Part shown: positions 18,914-27,233 of the stretch, one piece after another
Layout of the letters: every line of letters starts with the position of its first letter
How positions within the stretch are numbered: position 1 is the first letter of the stretch
Virus record (IMG/VR): IMGVR_UViG_3300007770_000003
Length of the DNA: 64,000 nt
Origin: an uncultured virus (IMG/VR IMGVR_UViG_3300007770_000003)
Lineage: Duplodnaviria; Heunggongvirae; Uroviricota; Caudoviricetes
Direction: 5' to 3' (one strand)
Notes under the pieces: model-generated
Database searches by the model: none
Told to the model about the DNA's origin: nothing
What the model saw: the letters and a program-made list of their open reading frames with translations, nothing else
Made by a program: the position numbers and the translations under genes

Positions 18914-19432
18914 ATGTCTCAGGTGACCATCAATGGGGTGAGCATCCAGGTCCGTAGTGGCCGGGTCTACGTGAACGGCACCCTCTACACCCCCGCGACC
19001 GGGGATAAGGAGGCTCCCAGCGCGCCCCCAACTCTGGAGTCTCCTGACCGGACGTTGGAGATGGACCAGGATGGTACCGTGGCCGGAGACGTTCAAGGCA
19101 ACCTGACGGTTCACGCCCAGGGAGACCTGACTCTGATCGTCCGGGGCTCCGTTAACGGAGATATCGAGACCCAGGGAGCCGTTCAGGTGAGCGGGAACGT
19201 CGGCGGCGACGTGGACGCCTTTCAGGGCGTCACCGTGACCGGGTCCATCCGTGGGGATATCGACCGGGCTACGTCCGTAGCTGTCGGGGGCGACGTACAG
19301 GGAGATATCGACTGCGACGGGACTGTGAACGTCCGCGGTCATGTCAGGGGAGATATCGACGGAGAGACGGTTCACGTCGGGGGTGACGTGAAAGGTGACG
19401 TGGACGCGGACACGGTCATCCGACGCCCCTAG
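18914..19432 (+). CDS. Beta-helix repeat protein (bactofilin/polymer-forming-like)
   Basis: Repeating units of about 16-17 aa (V-x-G-x-V-x-G-D-I/V), e.g. GSVNGDIE, GNVGGDVD, GDVQGDID, GHVRGDID. Confidence 0.7.
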   Translation: MSQVTINGVSIQVRSGRVYVNGTLYTPATGDKEAPSAPPTLESPDRTLEMDQDGTVAGDVQGNLTVHAQGDLTLIVRGSVNGDIETQGAVQVSGNVGGDVDAFQGVTVTGSIRGDIDRATSVAVGGDVQGDIDCDGTVNVRGHVRGDIDGETVHVGGDVKGDVDADTVIRRP

Positions 19433-21060
19433 TAGGCGTCCCTGTGAACGCCTACAGCCCTCCCTGACGGGTCCGCGGCCTCCCGGAAGGACTTATCCCA
19501 GGCGAGTGCTGTCGGCGTGCTACAGGCAACGCTGGGGCCTCCAGGGACCGTCTTCGCGGCGTCCTCCGAGGGAAACTCCTTCTGAAAGATGGAGCGGTAG
19601 AAGTATGCCTCCTTGGTCGCAGGAGTGTTGACCGGCCAGCGGCTCGCCGCCTGCTGGAAGTCCTCGTCAGACACCTGCTGGTCCGCGACCTCCTTCAAGC
19701 TGTCGATCCAGCTATAGCCGACCCCGTCGCTAAACTGCTCCTTCTGACGCCAGAGCACTTCATCAGGGATCAACCCTTGCCCCTCAAAAGCAGATCTGAG
19801 GAGGTGTTTCTCCATGCGAGCCCCGTGGGGGCTCGTACTCGACATTTTGTAGGCCGGGTCCAACCCCATCGCCAGATCGAGAAACGCCCGGTCCAGGAAG
19901 GGCACCCGGGCTTCCACCCCCCACGCCATCATGCTCTTGTTGGCTCGGAGACAATCATACAGGTGAAGCGTCTGAAGCTTCCTGACCGTCTCGCAGTGAA
20001 ACTCCTCCCGACTCGGGGCCTTGTGGAAGTACAGGTAGCCTCCGAAGATCTCATCAGCCCCCTCACCGCTCAGGACCATCTTGACCCCGAGCTTCCGAAT
20101 CTCCCTCGCCATCAAGAACATTGGAGTCGAAGCCCGGATCGTCGTGACGTCGTAAGTCTCGATGCTTCGGATCACGGCTTCCAGGGCTGCGATCCCCTCT
20201 TCCACCGTGTACGTGAAGGCATGGTGGTCTGACCCCAGGTGCTTCGCTACTACGGCCGCCGCCGCGAGGTCCGGAGACCCCTCAAGGCCAATGGAGAAGG
20301 ATTTCATCCCGGGTCGGTTTGCCAAAGCCGCCACCAGTGAAGAGTCCAAACCACCAGAGAGAAGGACTCCCCAGGGAACGTCCGCCATGAGCCGCTTCCC
20401 GACAGAGGCCCTCAACTTAACCGCAAGGTGTTCCAGCACCATTCGGCTAGGGCCCTGACCCGTATACCCCGGCATCTGAGTAAACCAGGAGGGCTCCCAC
20501 CAACGGGATATCTGGCTCTGACAATAGTAATGTCCGGGAGGAAACACCTGGATGGAGCCTGAAGGGAGGGCTTTCATCTCCGAGCTGAACCACACGCCGT
20601 CAGCCGTCTGACTCCAGTACAACGGGACGATCCCCATATGGTCCCTGGCTGCGAACACCGACCCATCTCGCCCATCGTAGAGGACGAAGGCGAATTGCCC
20701 GTCCAGGTGCTTCACGCAGTCCTCCCCGTAGCGGAGGTATAGGGGAAGAATCACCTCGCAATCTGAGCACGTCTGGAAGTCGTAATCCTGAGCGAGCCGT
20801 GTCCGGTAAACATCGTGGTTATAGATCTCACCGTTGGCGATCAACACCAGCTTGCCGTCAGGGCTCACCAGAGGTTGAGCCCCGCTCGTGGGATCAACAA
20901 TCGCCAGCCTCGTATGCCCTAGAACCGCCCCAGGAGCCTCCCAGGTCCCCGTGAAGTCCGGCCCCCGATGTTGGAGTCGCCCGAGACGCCGATGTAGCTC
21001 AGAAGCTCTCTCAGCCTGTTGAGAAGGATCAAAACCTGTGACCGATAGGATGCCGCACAT
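19429..21060 (-). CDS. asnB: Asparagine synthetase B (glutamine-hydrolysing)
   Basis: MCGI N-terminus, HRGPD, NGEIYNH, LLSGGLDSS, SGEGADEIFGGYLYFHKAP and WRQKEQFSDGVG; full length, 543 aa. Confidence 0.97.
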   Translation of the reverse strand: MCGILSVTGFDPSQQAERASELHRRLGRLQHRGPDFTGTWEAPGAVLGHTRLAIVDPTSGAQPLVSPDGKLVLIANGEIYNHDVYRTRLAQDYDFQTCSDCEVILPLYLRYGEDCVKHLDGQFAFVLYDGRDGSVFAARDHMGIVPLYWSQTADGVWFSSEMKALPSGSIQVFPPGHYYCQSQISRWWEPSWFTQMPGYTGQGPSRMVLEHLAVKLRASVGKRLMADVPWGVLLSGGLDSSLVAALANRPGMKSFSIGLEGSPDLAAAAVVAKHLGSDHHAFTYTVEEGIAALEAVIRSIETYDVTTIRASTPMFLMAREIRKLGVKMVLSGEGADEIFGGYLYFHKAPSREEFHCETVRKLQTLHLYDCLRANKSMMAWGVEARVPFLDRAFLDLAMGLDPAYKMSSTSPHGARMEKHLLRSAFEGQGLIPDEVLWRQKEQFSDGVGYSWIDSLKEVADQQVSDEDFQQAASRWPVNTPATKEAYFYRSIFQKEFPSEDAAKTVPGGPSVACSTPTALAWDKSFREAADPSGRAVGVHRDAY

Positions 21061-21137
21061 GATTCCCTCTACCCGGATTCAAGACGTAAACCAGGAGCTA
21101 TAGGGCGAGTATCCGAGAGAGTCGCGTAAGGTCGGGT

Positions 21138-21632
21138 ATGCCAACCGAGATTGAACGCCGCTTCCTCATCGAGGAGCCCTTCGCCCAGCCCCGAGTCCCT
21201 GGGGTCTCCATCAAGCAGGGCTACCTGTCCCTCGACCCAAGGAGAACCGTCCGCGTTCGGGTCACCCACTACGGCGGAGTGGACGCCGTGGGCACCCTCA
21301 CGATCAAGGGGAAGAAGACAGGAGCCGCCGCTCCTGAATTCGAGTACGAGATCCCCAGGGCGGACGCAGAAGATCTGCTGAAGCTACGAATCTCCAAGCT
21401 GATCGAGAAGACCCGATACAAGATGCGATTCGGGGATCACGATTTCGACGTGGACTTCTTCCATGGAGAACACCAGGGGCTCGTCATCGCGGAAGTTGAA
21501 CTGGACTCCGAAGATGAGGAAGTCTCCGTCCCCGAGTGGTTCGGCAAGGAGATCACTGACGACCCCGCCTACTCCAACGCCCAACTCTCTCGGCACCTAA
21601 TGAGACCCGGAGCAGGGAAAATCTCTCTATAA
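21138..21632 (+). CDS. CYTH domain (triphosphate tunnel) protein
   Basis: EIERRFL, QGYL, VRVR, LTIKG, EFEYEI, IEKTRY, AEVEL and YSN motifs. Confidence 0.92.
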   Translation: MPTEIERRFLIEEPFAQPRVPGVSIKQGYLSLDPRRTVRVRVTHYGGVDAVGTLTIKGKKTGAAAPEFEYEIPRADAEDLLKLRISKLIEKTRYKMRFGDHDFDVDFFHGEHQGLVIAEVELDSEDEEVSVPEWFGKEITDDPAYSNAQLSRHLMRPGAGKISL

Positions 21633-21635
21633 GAG

Positions 21636-21662
21636 GGTAACTTTTCTGAGGGTACTCGTATA
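21636..21662 (+). promoter_or_regulatory. Class I promoter-like motif
   Basis: GTAAC-N15-CGTATA upstream of the operon containing the mini-array. Confidence 0.75.
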
Positions 21663-21684
21663 CCTCTACAACAGGAGGTACAGC

Positions 21685-21786
21685 ATGTCGGCCCAGAATC
21701 GTATCAACGCGACGCTCGCGGAGACCGACCCGAACCTCTACATCGAGAACAACAACTCCTGGTCCTTCGGGATCTGGTACAAGTGA
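21685..21786 (+). CDS. Small protein, 33 aa (MSAQNRINATLAETDPNLYIENNNSWSFGIWYK)
   Basis: Below the track cutoff. AGGAGG RBS directly after a promoter motif; stop overlaps the next GTG. Confidence 0.6.
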   Translation: MSAQNRINATLAETDPNLYIENNNSWSFGIWYK

Positions 21787-22142
21787 GGGCTACGATGGAC
21801 CGTCAGGAATTCAACCGAGCTTTCCGCACCGCCAGGATCACCCTAGCGGTCTTCACCTCCGGGATGGACGGCAAAGGTCGCTACGCCCACATCTCCGGAC
21901 AGGAGCGGGCGAACGCGGAAGATCGGTGGATTCGGATGACCAACACGGACCACCCCGACCGGCCCGCCTACCTCGCCCTGGCTCTCCGCCAGAACGGCGA
22001 GCGAAAGAGCCTCGCCGCTTCCGCGGTCTTCGACACCGTGAAGTGTCGGGGCAAGCTGAAGGGCTGGTATCGCGATCTGGCGACGAAGAACCTCACCCGC
22101 CGAGGTCGGCTCACCCCGACCAGGGGGTGTCTGCTGCCCTGA
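21783..22142 (+). CDS. Hypothetical basic protein
   Basis: 119-aa ORF coupled to the upstream small ORF. Confidence 0.55.
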   Translation: MRATMDRQEFNRAFRTARITLAVFTSGMDGKGRYAHISGQERANAEDRWIRMTNTDHPDRPAYLALALRQNGERKSLAASAVFDTVKCRGKLKGWYRDLATKNLTRRGRLTPTRGCLLP

Positions 22143-22219
22143 GAAGACAACGAGAGGATGGCAAGAGCCAATCGGCCACGCGACCCAAATCAATACCTGC
22201 TTACCCTTGAGGATGACCC
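22129..22219 (+). CRISPR. Degenerate mini-array: repeat / ~21-nt spacer / repeat
   Basis: GAGGATGGCAAG (22154-22165) equals the 3' end of the array 1 repeat. TCAATACCTGCTTACCCTTGAGGATG (22190-22215) closely matches the array 2 repeat. Confidence 0.75.
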
Positions 22220-22420
22220 ATGAAGTACACGGAAGAGGAGCTGGACGCTGCCTGGGTAGCCGACCAGCTCGCGGACGCGAGACACGCAGAGCGTCAAGCC
22301 GCAGAAGGCCCCTTCTTCCCTGAGCGAGGGATCACCCGCGAGAGCCTGTTGGCCTACGCGGCTTACTGCCGAGCCCTCGCAGAGAACCCCAGGGAGACCC
22401 GAGAGGCTGCTCTCCGATAG
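22220..22420 (+). CDS. Small hypothetical protein
   Basis: 66 aa; its GAGG RBS lies inside the second mini-array repeat. Confidence 0.6.
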   Translation: MKYTEEELDAAWVADQLADARHAERQAAEGPFFPERGITRESLLAYAAYCRALAENPRETREAALR

Positions 22421-22457
22421 GGCCTCTATAGCGACACTCCGGTAGGAGACCGTCACT

Positions 22458-23786
22458 ATGCCCTTGACGACCGCTCGCCCTACCCGAATCGCAGCTCGGT
22501 GGCTCCAAGCGATCACGACCCCGCTCCCGGTTTCTTTCGAGACCACGGAGCGGGGTTTGATGACTCTGGCTGAGTTCATCAAGCATCGGAACCCCCAGGG
22601 CAAATTCCACGACGAGGACTCCTACGACTGGACCACGGAGTCCATGAACCGGAAGCTGATCCCGATCCGAGAGGACAAGGGCTTCCTCATCTCCAAGCCG
22701 CTCGGTAAGACCGGCTATCTCATCCACCAGGATGGTCGGCTGGTCGCCTTCATCCACCAGGGGACGATGTACTTCGGGGCTGGAGCCCCCATCCGAGATA
22801 TCCCCACCTCCTATTACGACTACCACACCCGCGATTTCGTCGATCTGGGGGTCCAACGGAAGAAGAGGGTGAAGTACATCGACGAACACGTCGATCTGGT
22901 CTACCAGATCGCTGCCAGCAACTACAGCGAGTATCCCGTTATCGTCCAGAGATTCCGAGTCAAAGGGGAGCCTTACGTGCTCCGGGCTCAGGCTGAGCCG
23001 GTGCCGGACAAGGGAATCAACCTGGGGCTGTTCAACGAAGCCGGTGAGAAGGTAGCCAGTGCTGAGAATGAATGGGGAGCTACCCTCCTCGTCGTCGCCC
23101 GGGAATACCGAGGGAAGGGGCTCGGTAAGATCATCGGGAAGGCTTGGTACCACTTCAACCCGAGTTTCCCCTCTGGCGGGTTCTCAGCGGCGGGGCAAGA
23201 CAACGCCGTCCGTTTATGGGCGGATCGAGTTCGCGAGTTTCTCTCCCGTGGCTGGTACTCCGAGCTGGTGAGATCGGGTCAGTTGACCCCAGCCCGAGTC
23301 AAGGAGATCCTCGCTGACCTCCCTGGAAAGAAGCGGAGACAGACGGAGGCCCCCCAGGGCGAGAAGAAGCAAGTCCTGTTCATGATTGACGACCCCACCT
23401 TTGTCATCTACGACCAGCGTTTCCTGTCCGAGCCTGATGAGAAGTACATCTATGCCTACGGCTTCTTCCGCGACGCCCCCGGCATCGGGGAATTTCTCTA
23501 CACGATCGACTACGACCGGACCTTTGATCGAGTAGCCCACGTCGTCGCCTTCCAGATGGCTCGGGACAACGGACTCGACCTCTACGTCGGAGAAGGCTAC
23601 GGCGACATGCTGGAGATGGACAAGGTCCCCGAAATCGAAGTGGAGGGCGACTACGCCCGCCTCACCCAGGACATGCTCCCCCTCGATCCACTAGGACGCC
23701 GGGAGAAGCTCCTCCGCAAGCGGGTTGACCCCTACGAGGAGAAGTACACCCGGCTACTTGAAATGGCTGAGGCCAAGTGGCGTTAA
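22458..23786 (+). CDS. Hypothetical protein with central GNAT-like acetyl-CoA-binding motif
   Basis: LLVVAREYRGKGLGKII followed by SGGFSAAG; N-terminal RIAARWLQA; preceded by TAG-N6-TATAG. Confidence 0.65.
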   Translation: MPLTTARPTRIAARWLQAITTPLPVSFETTERGLMTLAEFIKHRNPQGKFHDEDSYDWTTESMNRKLIPIREDKGFLISKPLGKTGYLIHQDGRLVAFIHQGTMYFGAGAPIRDIPTSYYDYHTRDFVDLGVQRKKRVKYIDEHVDLVYQIAASNYSEYPVIVQRFRVKGEPYVLRAQAEPVPDKGINLGLFNEAGEKVASAENEWGATLLVVAREYRGKGLGKIIGKAWYHFNPSFPSGGFSAAGQDNAVRLWADRVREFLSRGWYSELVRSGQLTPARVKEILADLPGKKRRQTEAPQGEKKQVLFMIDDPTFVIYDQRFLSEPDEKYIYAYGFFRDAPGIGEFLYTIDYDRTFDRVAHVVAFQMARDNGLDLYVGEGYGDMLEMDKVPEIEVEGDYARLTQDMLPLDPLGRREKLLRKRVDPYEEKYTRLLEMAEAKWR

Positions 23787-24535
23787 TAGTAAGTGTCGAA
23801 GCTCCGATCCCAAGGGAGCATGGTCTGATGAAGCCTCACGGGGTACTCCAGCTCCACCCGGACCAGGAATCGACCGCCCTGTGAGGTCACCTCGGTTGCC
23901 CGAATCTCAGGATCCCCGAGCACGAGAGCGACCCGCACCTCAGTGACGACCATCTGCTCCTCCCACTCCTCCGCGTCGTCATCCCAATGCTGCTCCTCCG
24001 TGTCTACGTCTACGAAGTCGTAGGCAGCATCCTGAGCCTTGTCAGCAGGATCCCGAAGACGCATGGTAAGAGCATCCTCCACCACGGATCCCCACTTCTG
24101 AGCCAGGAAGCTCTGCACTTCACGGCGATCGAAGGCATCCCCGAGGCTCGCCCGGGTATCCCAAGACTCCCGAGAGAACTGGCTGAGAAACTCCTTCTTC
24201 AGCTTCTTCACCTGAACGAAGAACGCCTTCTGCCCCGAGACCGAAGAGGGATACTCCACCTCCCAGGAGATCGTCCGGCTCCCATCAGAGGCTTCCCAGG
24301 AATTCGCCCGGTGGTTCATCCGGCCGGGCTTCCACTTAGAAACCCCCAACACCGCTTTCTCCACGAGACGCCGGGCGGTCTCCTCCATCAGGTCATGGAG
24401 TACCTCCACGATCTGCTCCGCTCCATCTTCCGGCTCATCAGCATCCAGAAGCGCACCCACATCGGTCAGAGACCGAAGCAACCCCCGCCCAGATGCCTGG
24501 AGCCACTTGTCTGCGACCTTCGCTGCCTGAGCCAT
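23783..24535 (-). CDS. Hypothetical protein with N-terminal KVADKWLQA peptide
   Basis: 250 aa; AGGAGG RBS; TAG-N6-TATAG upstream. Confidence 0.65.
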   Translation of the reverse strand: MAQAAKVADKWLQASGRGLLRSLTDVGALLDADEPEDGAEQIVEVLHDLMEETARRLVEKAVLGVSKWKPGRMNHRANSWEASDGSRTISWEVEYPSSVSGQKAFFVQVKKLKKEFLSQFSRESWDTRASLGDAFDRREVQSFLAQKWGSVVEDALTMRLRDPADKAQDAAYDFVDVDTEEQHWDDDAEEWEEQMVVTEVRVALVLGDPEIRATEVTSQGGRFLVRVELEYPVRLHQTMLPWDRSFDTYY

Positions 24536-24632
24536 CCTCAGCCTCCTAACCGCCCCTCGCTATAGTCGTCCTACCGAGCGCAGCGTCGGTAGCCCCAGCT
24601 CAGCCAGGGACTCACATCCCACAAAGGAACGT

Positions 24633-24866
24633 CTACTTGGCGGACACCGTCCGCTGGACCTTCCAGCGAGTGTTGCCCAGCCGACGCCAGTGAATCACGC
24701 CTTCCTCTCCCGAAGGGACACCGAAGTTCGCCACCATCGCCGGGTGACGGCTCATGTGCTCAACATGGTCCGCCGCCAGAGCGGCAGAGTCCCCGTCAAA
24801 CTCAAACCGCTCCAGCAACTCGCCGTCGCTGCTCCGGTAGATCTGGGCTTCATACTTGCGAGACAT
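24633..24866 (-). CDS. Small hypothetical protein
   Basis: AGGAGG RBS and a TCGTATA promoter motif upstream. Confidence 0.7.
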   Translation of the reverse strand: MSRKYEAQIYRSSDGELLERFEFDGDSAALAADHVEHMSRHPAMVANFGVPSGEEGVIHWRRLGNTRWKVQRTVSAK

Positions 24867-24888
24867 GTAGAACCTCCTGATGGAATTC

Positions 24889-24942
24889 TATACGACCCGC
24901 CCAGGAAAAGTAGCCCGGAAATTTCCCCTGCTCGCTCGTATG
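24889..24942. promoter_or_regulatory. Back-to-back pair of class I motifs
   Basis: GCTAC-N15-CGTATA on minus and GGAAA-N15-CGTATG on plus, between divergent genes. Confidence 0.7.
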
Positions 24943-24958
24943 CAACAACAGGAGACCA

Positions 24959-25705
24959 ATGGACCCCAGAATCGCCGCGTACCGAGAACGCCTTCAGAAC
25001 TATTACCAGATCTGGGTGGCCTGGATGCTCTCAGGGGACCGGGAGCACCTCTACTCTCTGAACGAGATGGAGATCCGCAGCCCCAGGTTCGATCCCCTGG
25101 TCCTCCCTCCAGTGGTCTGGATCTACCGGCCTCCTGACCAGGAGAGCGACGACTACAAAGCTTATGACTTCCTCTACCGCCGTCCGGTGACCGTTGGGAA
25201 CCACAAGTTTCACCGGTCAGGGCGGAACACGGTCAACCGGTCAACCCGACACGGGCGGATCAACTGGCACGCCACCGCGAAAGCCATCAGAGCAGCTCAA
25301 CGACTCCACAGCATCCGACAGAAGGTGTTCAGCAACGCTGTCCGAGAGGTGCAGGTCGAGATAGGGATCTGGGCACTCGCCCAGATCCCAGGGTGGGAAT
25401 TCAACGAGGACGGGGCCTTCAAGATCATCTGGTTTGAGGGCGACTACCTGATCTATTTCGAGTCGCTGGGAGGCGTGGGAGCCCACACCCCTGCTACCTC
25501 CACTCAACCTGACGCCTACGTCATCATGCGAGTCATGAGACAAACCGGCGGGGAAGACTACCTGACCCGGCGGCGGCTCGCTCAAGAACAGCTCGCCGTC
25601 ACCGCACCCGACCGGCTCAAGACCCTACTGAAGGAAATCCTCCGACTGCGGAATCGTCGAGCCCAGGCAATCGTAGACAAAGTCACCAGCACTCCGGCAT
25701 CCTAA
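24959..25705 (+). CDS. Hypothetical protein
   Basis: 248 aa; AGGAG RBS; promoter motif upstream. Confidence 0.7.
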   Translation: MDPRIAAYRERLQNYYQIWVAWMLSGDREHLYSLNEMEIRSPRFDPLVLPPVVWIYRPPDQESDDYKAYDFLYRRPVTVGNHKFHRSGRNTVNRSTRHGRINWHATAKAIRAAQRLHSIRQKVFSNAVREVQVEIGIWALAQIPGWEFNEDGAFKIIWFEGDYLIYFESLGGVGAHTPATSTQPDAYVIMRVMRQTGGEDYLTRRRLAQEQLAVTAPDRLKTLLKEILRLRNRRAQAIVDKVTSTPAS

Positions 25706-25712
25706 AAAGCAA

Positions 25713-25739
25713 GGTAACTTTTTGGGGGATGGTCGTATA
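25713..25739 (+). promoter_or_regulatory. Class I promoter-like motif
   Basis: GTAAC-N15-CGTATA. Confidence 0.75.
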
Positions 25740-25760
25740 GTCTCCTAACTGGAGGATCTG

Positions 25761-26276
25761 ATGGGTCGGCGGAAAAGTTCAACAGCTCTCCGTGTCTTTG
25801 ACACGGGAGTCCTGCACACCTCCCACGTCGGGGATCACCGAGTGGTGGTCGCGGATCCCGACCCGGCGATCTCCATGATCGCTTTTGGAGACGAGGGCCG
25901 CCTCTGGTCCGTCGAGGTCCAGGTCGCACGGCACACCCTCGGTCCCCGCAGGGGGTCTCCGATCTACGACCCCAGCGTCTTGCTCATCCGGGTCCGCAAC
26001 ACCAAGGGGACTTTCCCCCTGGAGGAGTTGAAGCGGGTGATCCCGTTCGACGACGACAACACCACGTTTGCGAGCGGGTACAACCACCTCCACGACTCCG
26101 ACGCGATCCGGATCCGCCTCTCCTGGCAGGGCGTTCGGCACTTCCTCTGGAATCTCGGGAAGACCCTGAAGGAGGCTACCGTCCGCGTGGGCAGGGGCGA
26201 GATCTTCGTGGAAGACGGGAAGTGGATCGACGACATGAGCCAGGAGTTGTCCGCCCTCCCCGCCACCCGATTCTGA
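25761..26276 (+). CDS. Hypothetical protein
   Basis: 171 aa; GGAGG RBS; promoter motif upstream. Confidence 0.7.
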   Translation: MGRRKSSTALRVFDTGVLHTSHVGDHRVVVADPDPAISMIAFGDEGRLWSVEVQVARHTLGPRRGSPIYDPSVLLIRVRNTKGTFPLEELKRVIPFDDDNTTFASGYNHLHDSDAIRIRLSWQGVRHFLWNLGKTLKEATVRVGRGEIFVEDGKWIDDMSQELSALPATRF

Positions 26277-26306
26277 GAGGCTCCGGGGTCTGTTCGGTTA
26301 GGAGGG

Positions 26307-26606
26307 CTACTGGTCCTGGGTAGCCAACCACCGCTGAGCGACCCGACCCGCGGACTCTGATTGAGACTGCTCCAGCCAGCGATCCATCTTTGCAGACCAA
26401 CCGTGCATCAGATCACGAATCTCGGCTTCATGGCGTTCAATCTCCTCCCGAAGCTTCTTTATCTCCGCCGCGACCCGCTCATGCTCCCTCTTTGCAGCCG
26501 AGAGAATCGGACTCTGCCGCATGAGCTGACGCACCGAGAGACCTGGGTACCGGAGCTGCTCGGAACGAATCAAGGGAGCCACTTGGAGTCGATTCGGATC
26601 GTACAT
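26307..26606 (-). CDS. Coiled-coil protein with C-terminal RVAQRWL peptide
   Basis: 99 aa; AGGAGG RBS; TAG-N6-TATAC upstream. Confidence 0.65.
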   Translation of the reverse strand: MYDPNRLQVAPLIRSEQLRYPGLSVRQLMRQSPILSAAKREHERVAAEIKKLREEIERHEAEIRDLMHGWSAKMDRWLEQSQSESAGRVAQRWLATQDQ

Positions 26607-26667
26607 GGGAGCCTCCTGCCTTCAGCGACGTATAGGCTAACTAGCCAGAGAGGCTCGTAAGACCACC

Positions 26668-26862
26668 ATGAGCGACAAAACAGATCCCCGAGAGGATGTT
26701 CTCTCCGGACCCGCCGAGATCTCCCCCCGAGAGGTCCGCGAAATGACCCGCCCAGACTGGTCCCGGGAGTGCCTCGTCTGCGGGAACAAGCCCGTCATCC
26801 CCCTGACCGACATGTGCCCGGCCTGCGCCTTCGGGGAAGCCGAAGCCCTCACCGAAACCTGA
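26668..26862 (+). CDS. Small zinc-ribbon protein
   Basis: CLVC...CPAC motif, 64 aa. Confidence 0.6.
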   Translation: MSDKTDPREDVLSGPAEISPREVREMTRPDWSRECLVCGNKPVIPLTDMCPACAFGEAEALTET

Positions 26863-26867
26863 CGAGC

Positions 26868-27152
26868 CTACCCTGGGAGACCCATCAACACCGAGACCTC
26901 ACCGAAAGTCTCACGAATCAAAGCCTTGGCTTTCGCCTCCCACTCAGGCCCCTCCCCCTTCATCGTGAAGTCCTGATAGAGGTTCTCCCCCCCGGTTCCC
27001 ATGATGTAGACGCAGGTGCGGGGCTCGTAGTGCCAACCCCGCTCCGTGTCGTCCGACACGGGAACGGTGTTCGCCCCGATGCACCACGTCCAAGCCCGGG
27101 GATCGAAATCACCCGAGCGATAGTCATCAACCAACTCGTTCCAGGTAGACAT
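26868..27152 (-). CDS. Hypothetical protein, probably leaderless
   Basis: ATG 27152 (MSTWNELVDD) lies 7 nt after a TCGTATA motif. Confidence 0.6.
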   Translation of the reverse strand: MSTWNELVDDYRSGDFDPRAWTWCIGANTVPVSDDTERGWHYEPRTCVYIMGTGGENLYQDFTMKGEGPEWEAKAKALIRETFGEVSVLMGLPG

Positions 27153-27159
27153 GACCCTG

Positions 27160-27214
27160 TATACGACCAGCACCCCGGAAATTCCCAGGTAATTTCCTGC
27201 GGGAGGGTCGTATA
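27160..27214. promoter_or_regulatory. Back-to-back pair of class I motifs; the plus copy faces the cas3 unit
   Basis: GGAAT-N15-CGTATA on minus and GTAAT-N15-CGTATA on plus. Confidence 0.75.
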
Positions 27215-27233
27215 CGACGACGGAGGTTGAATC

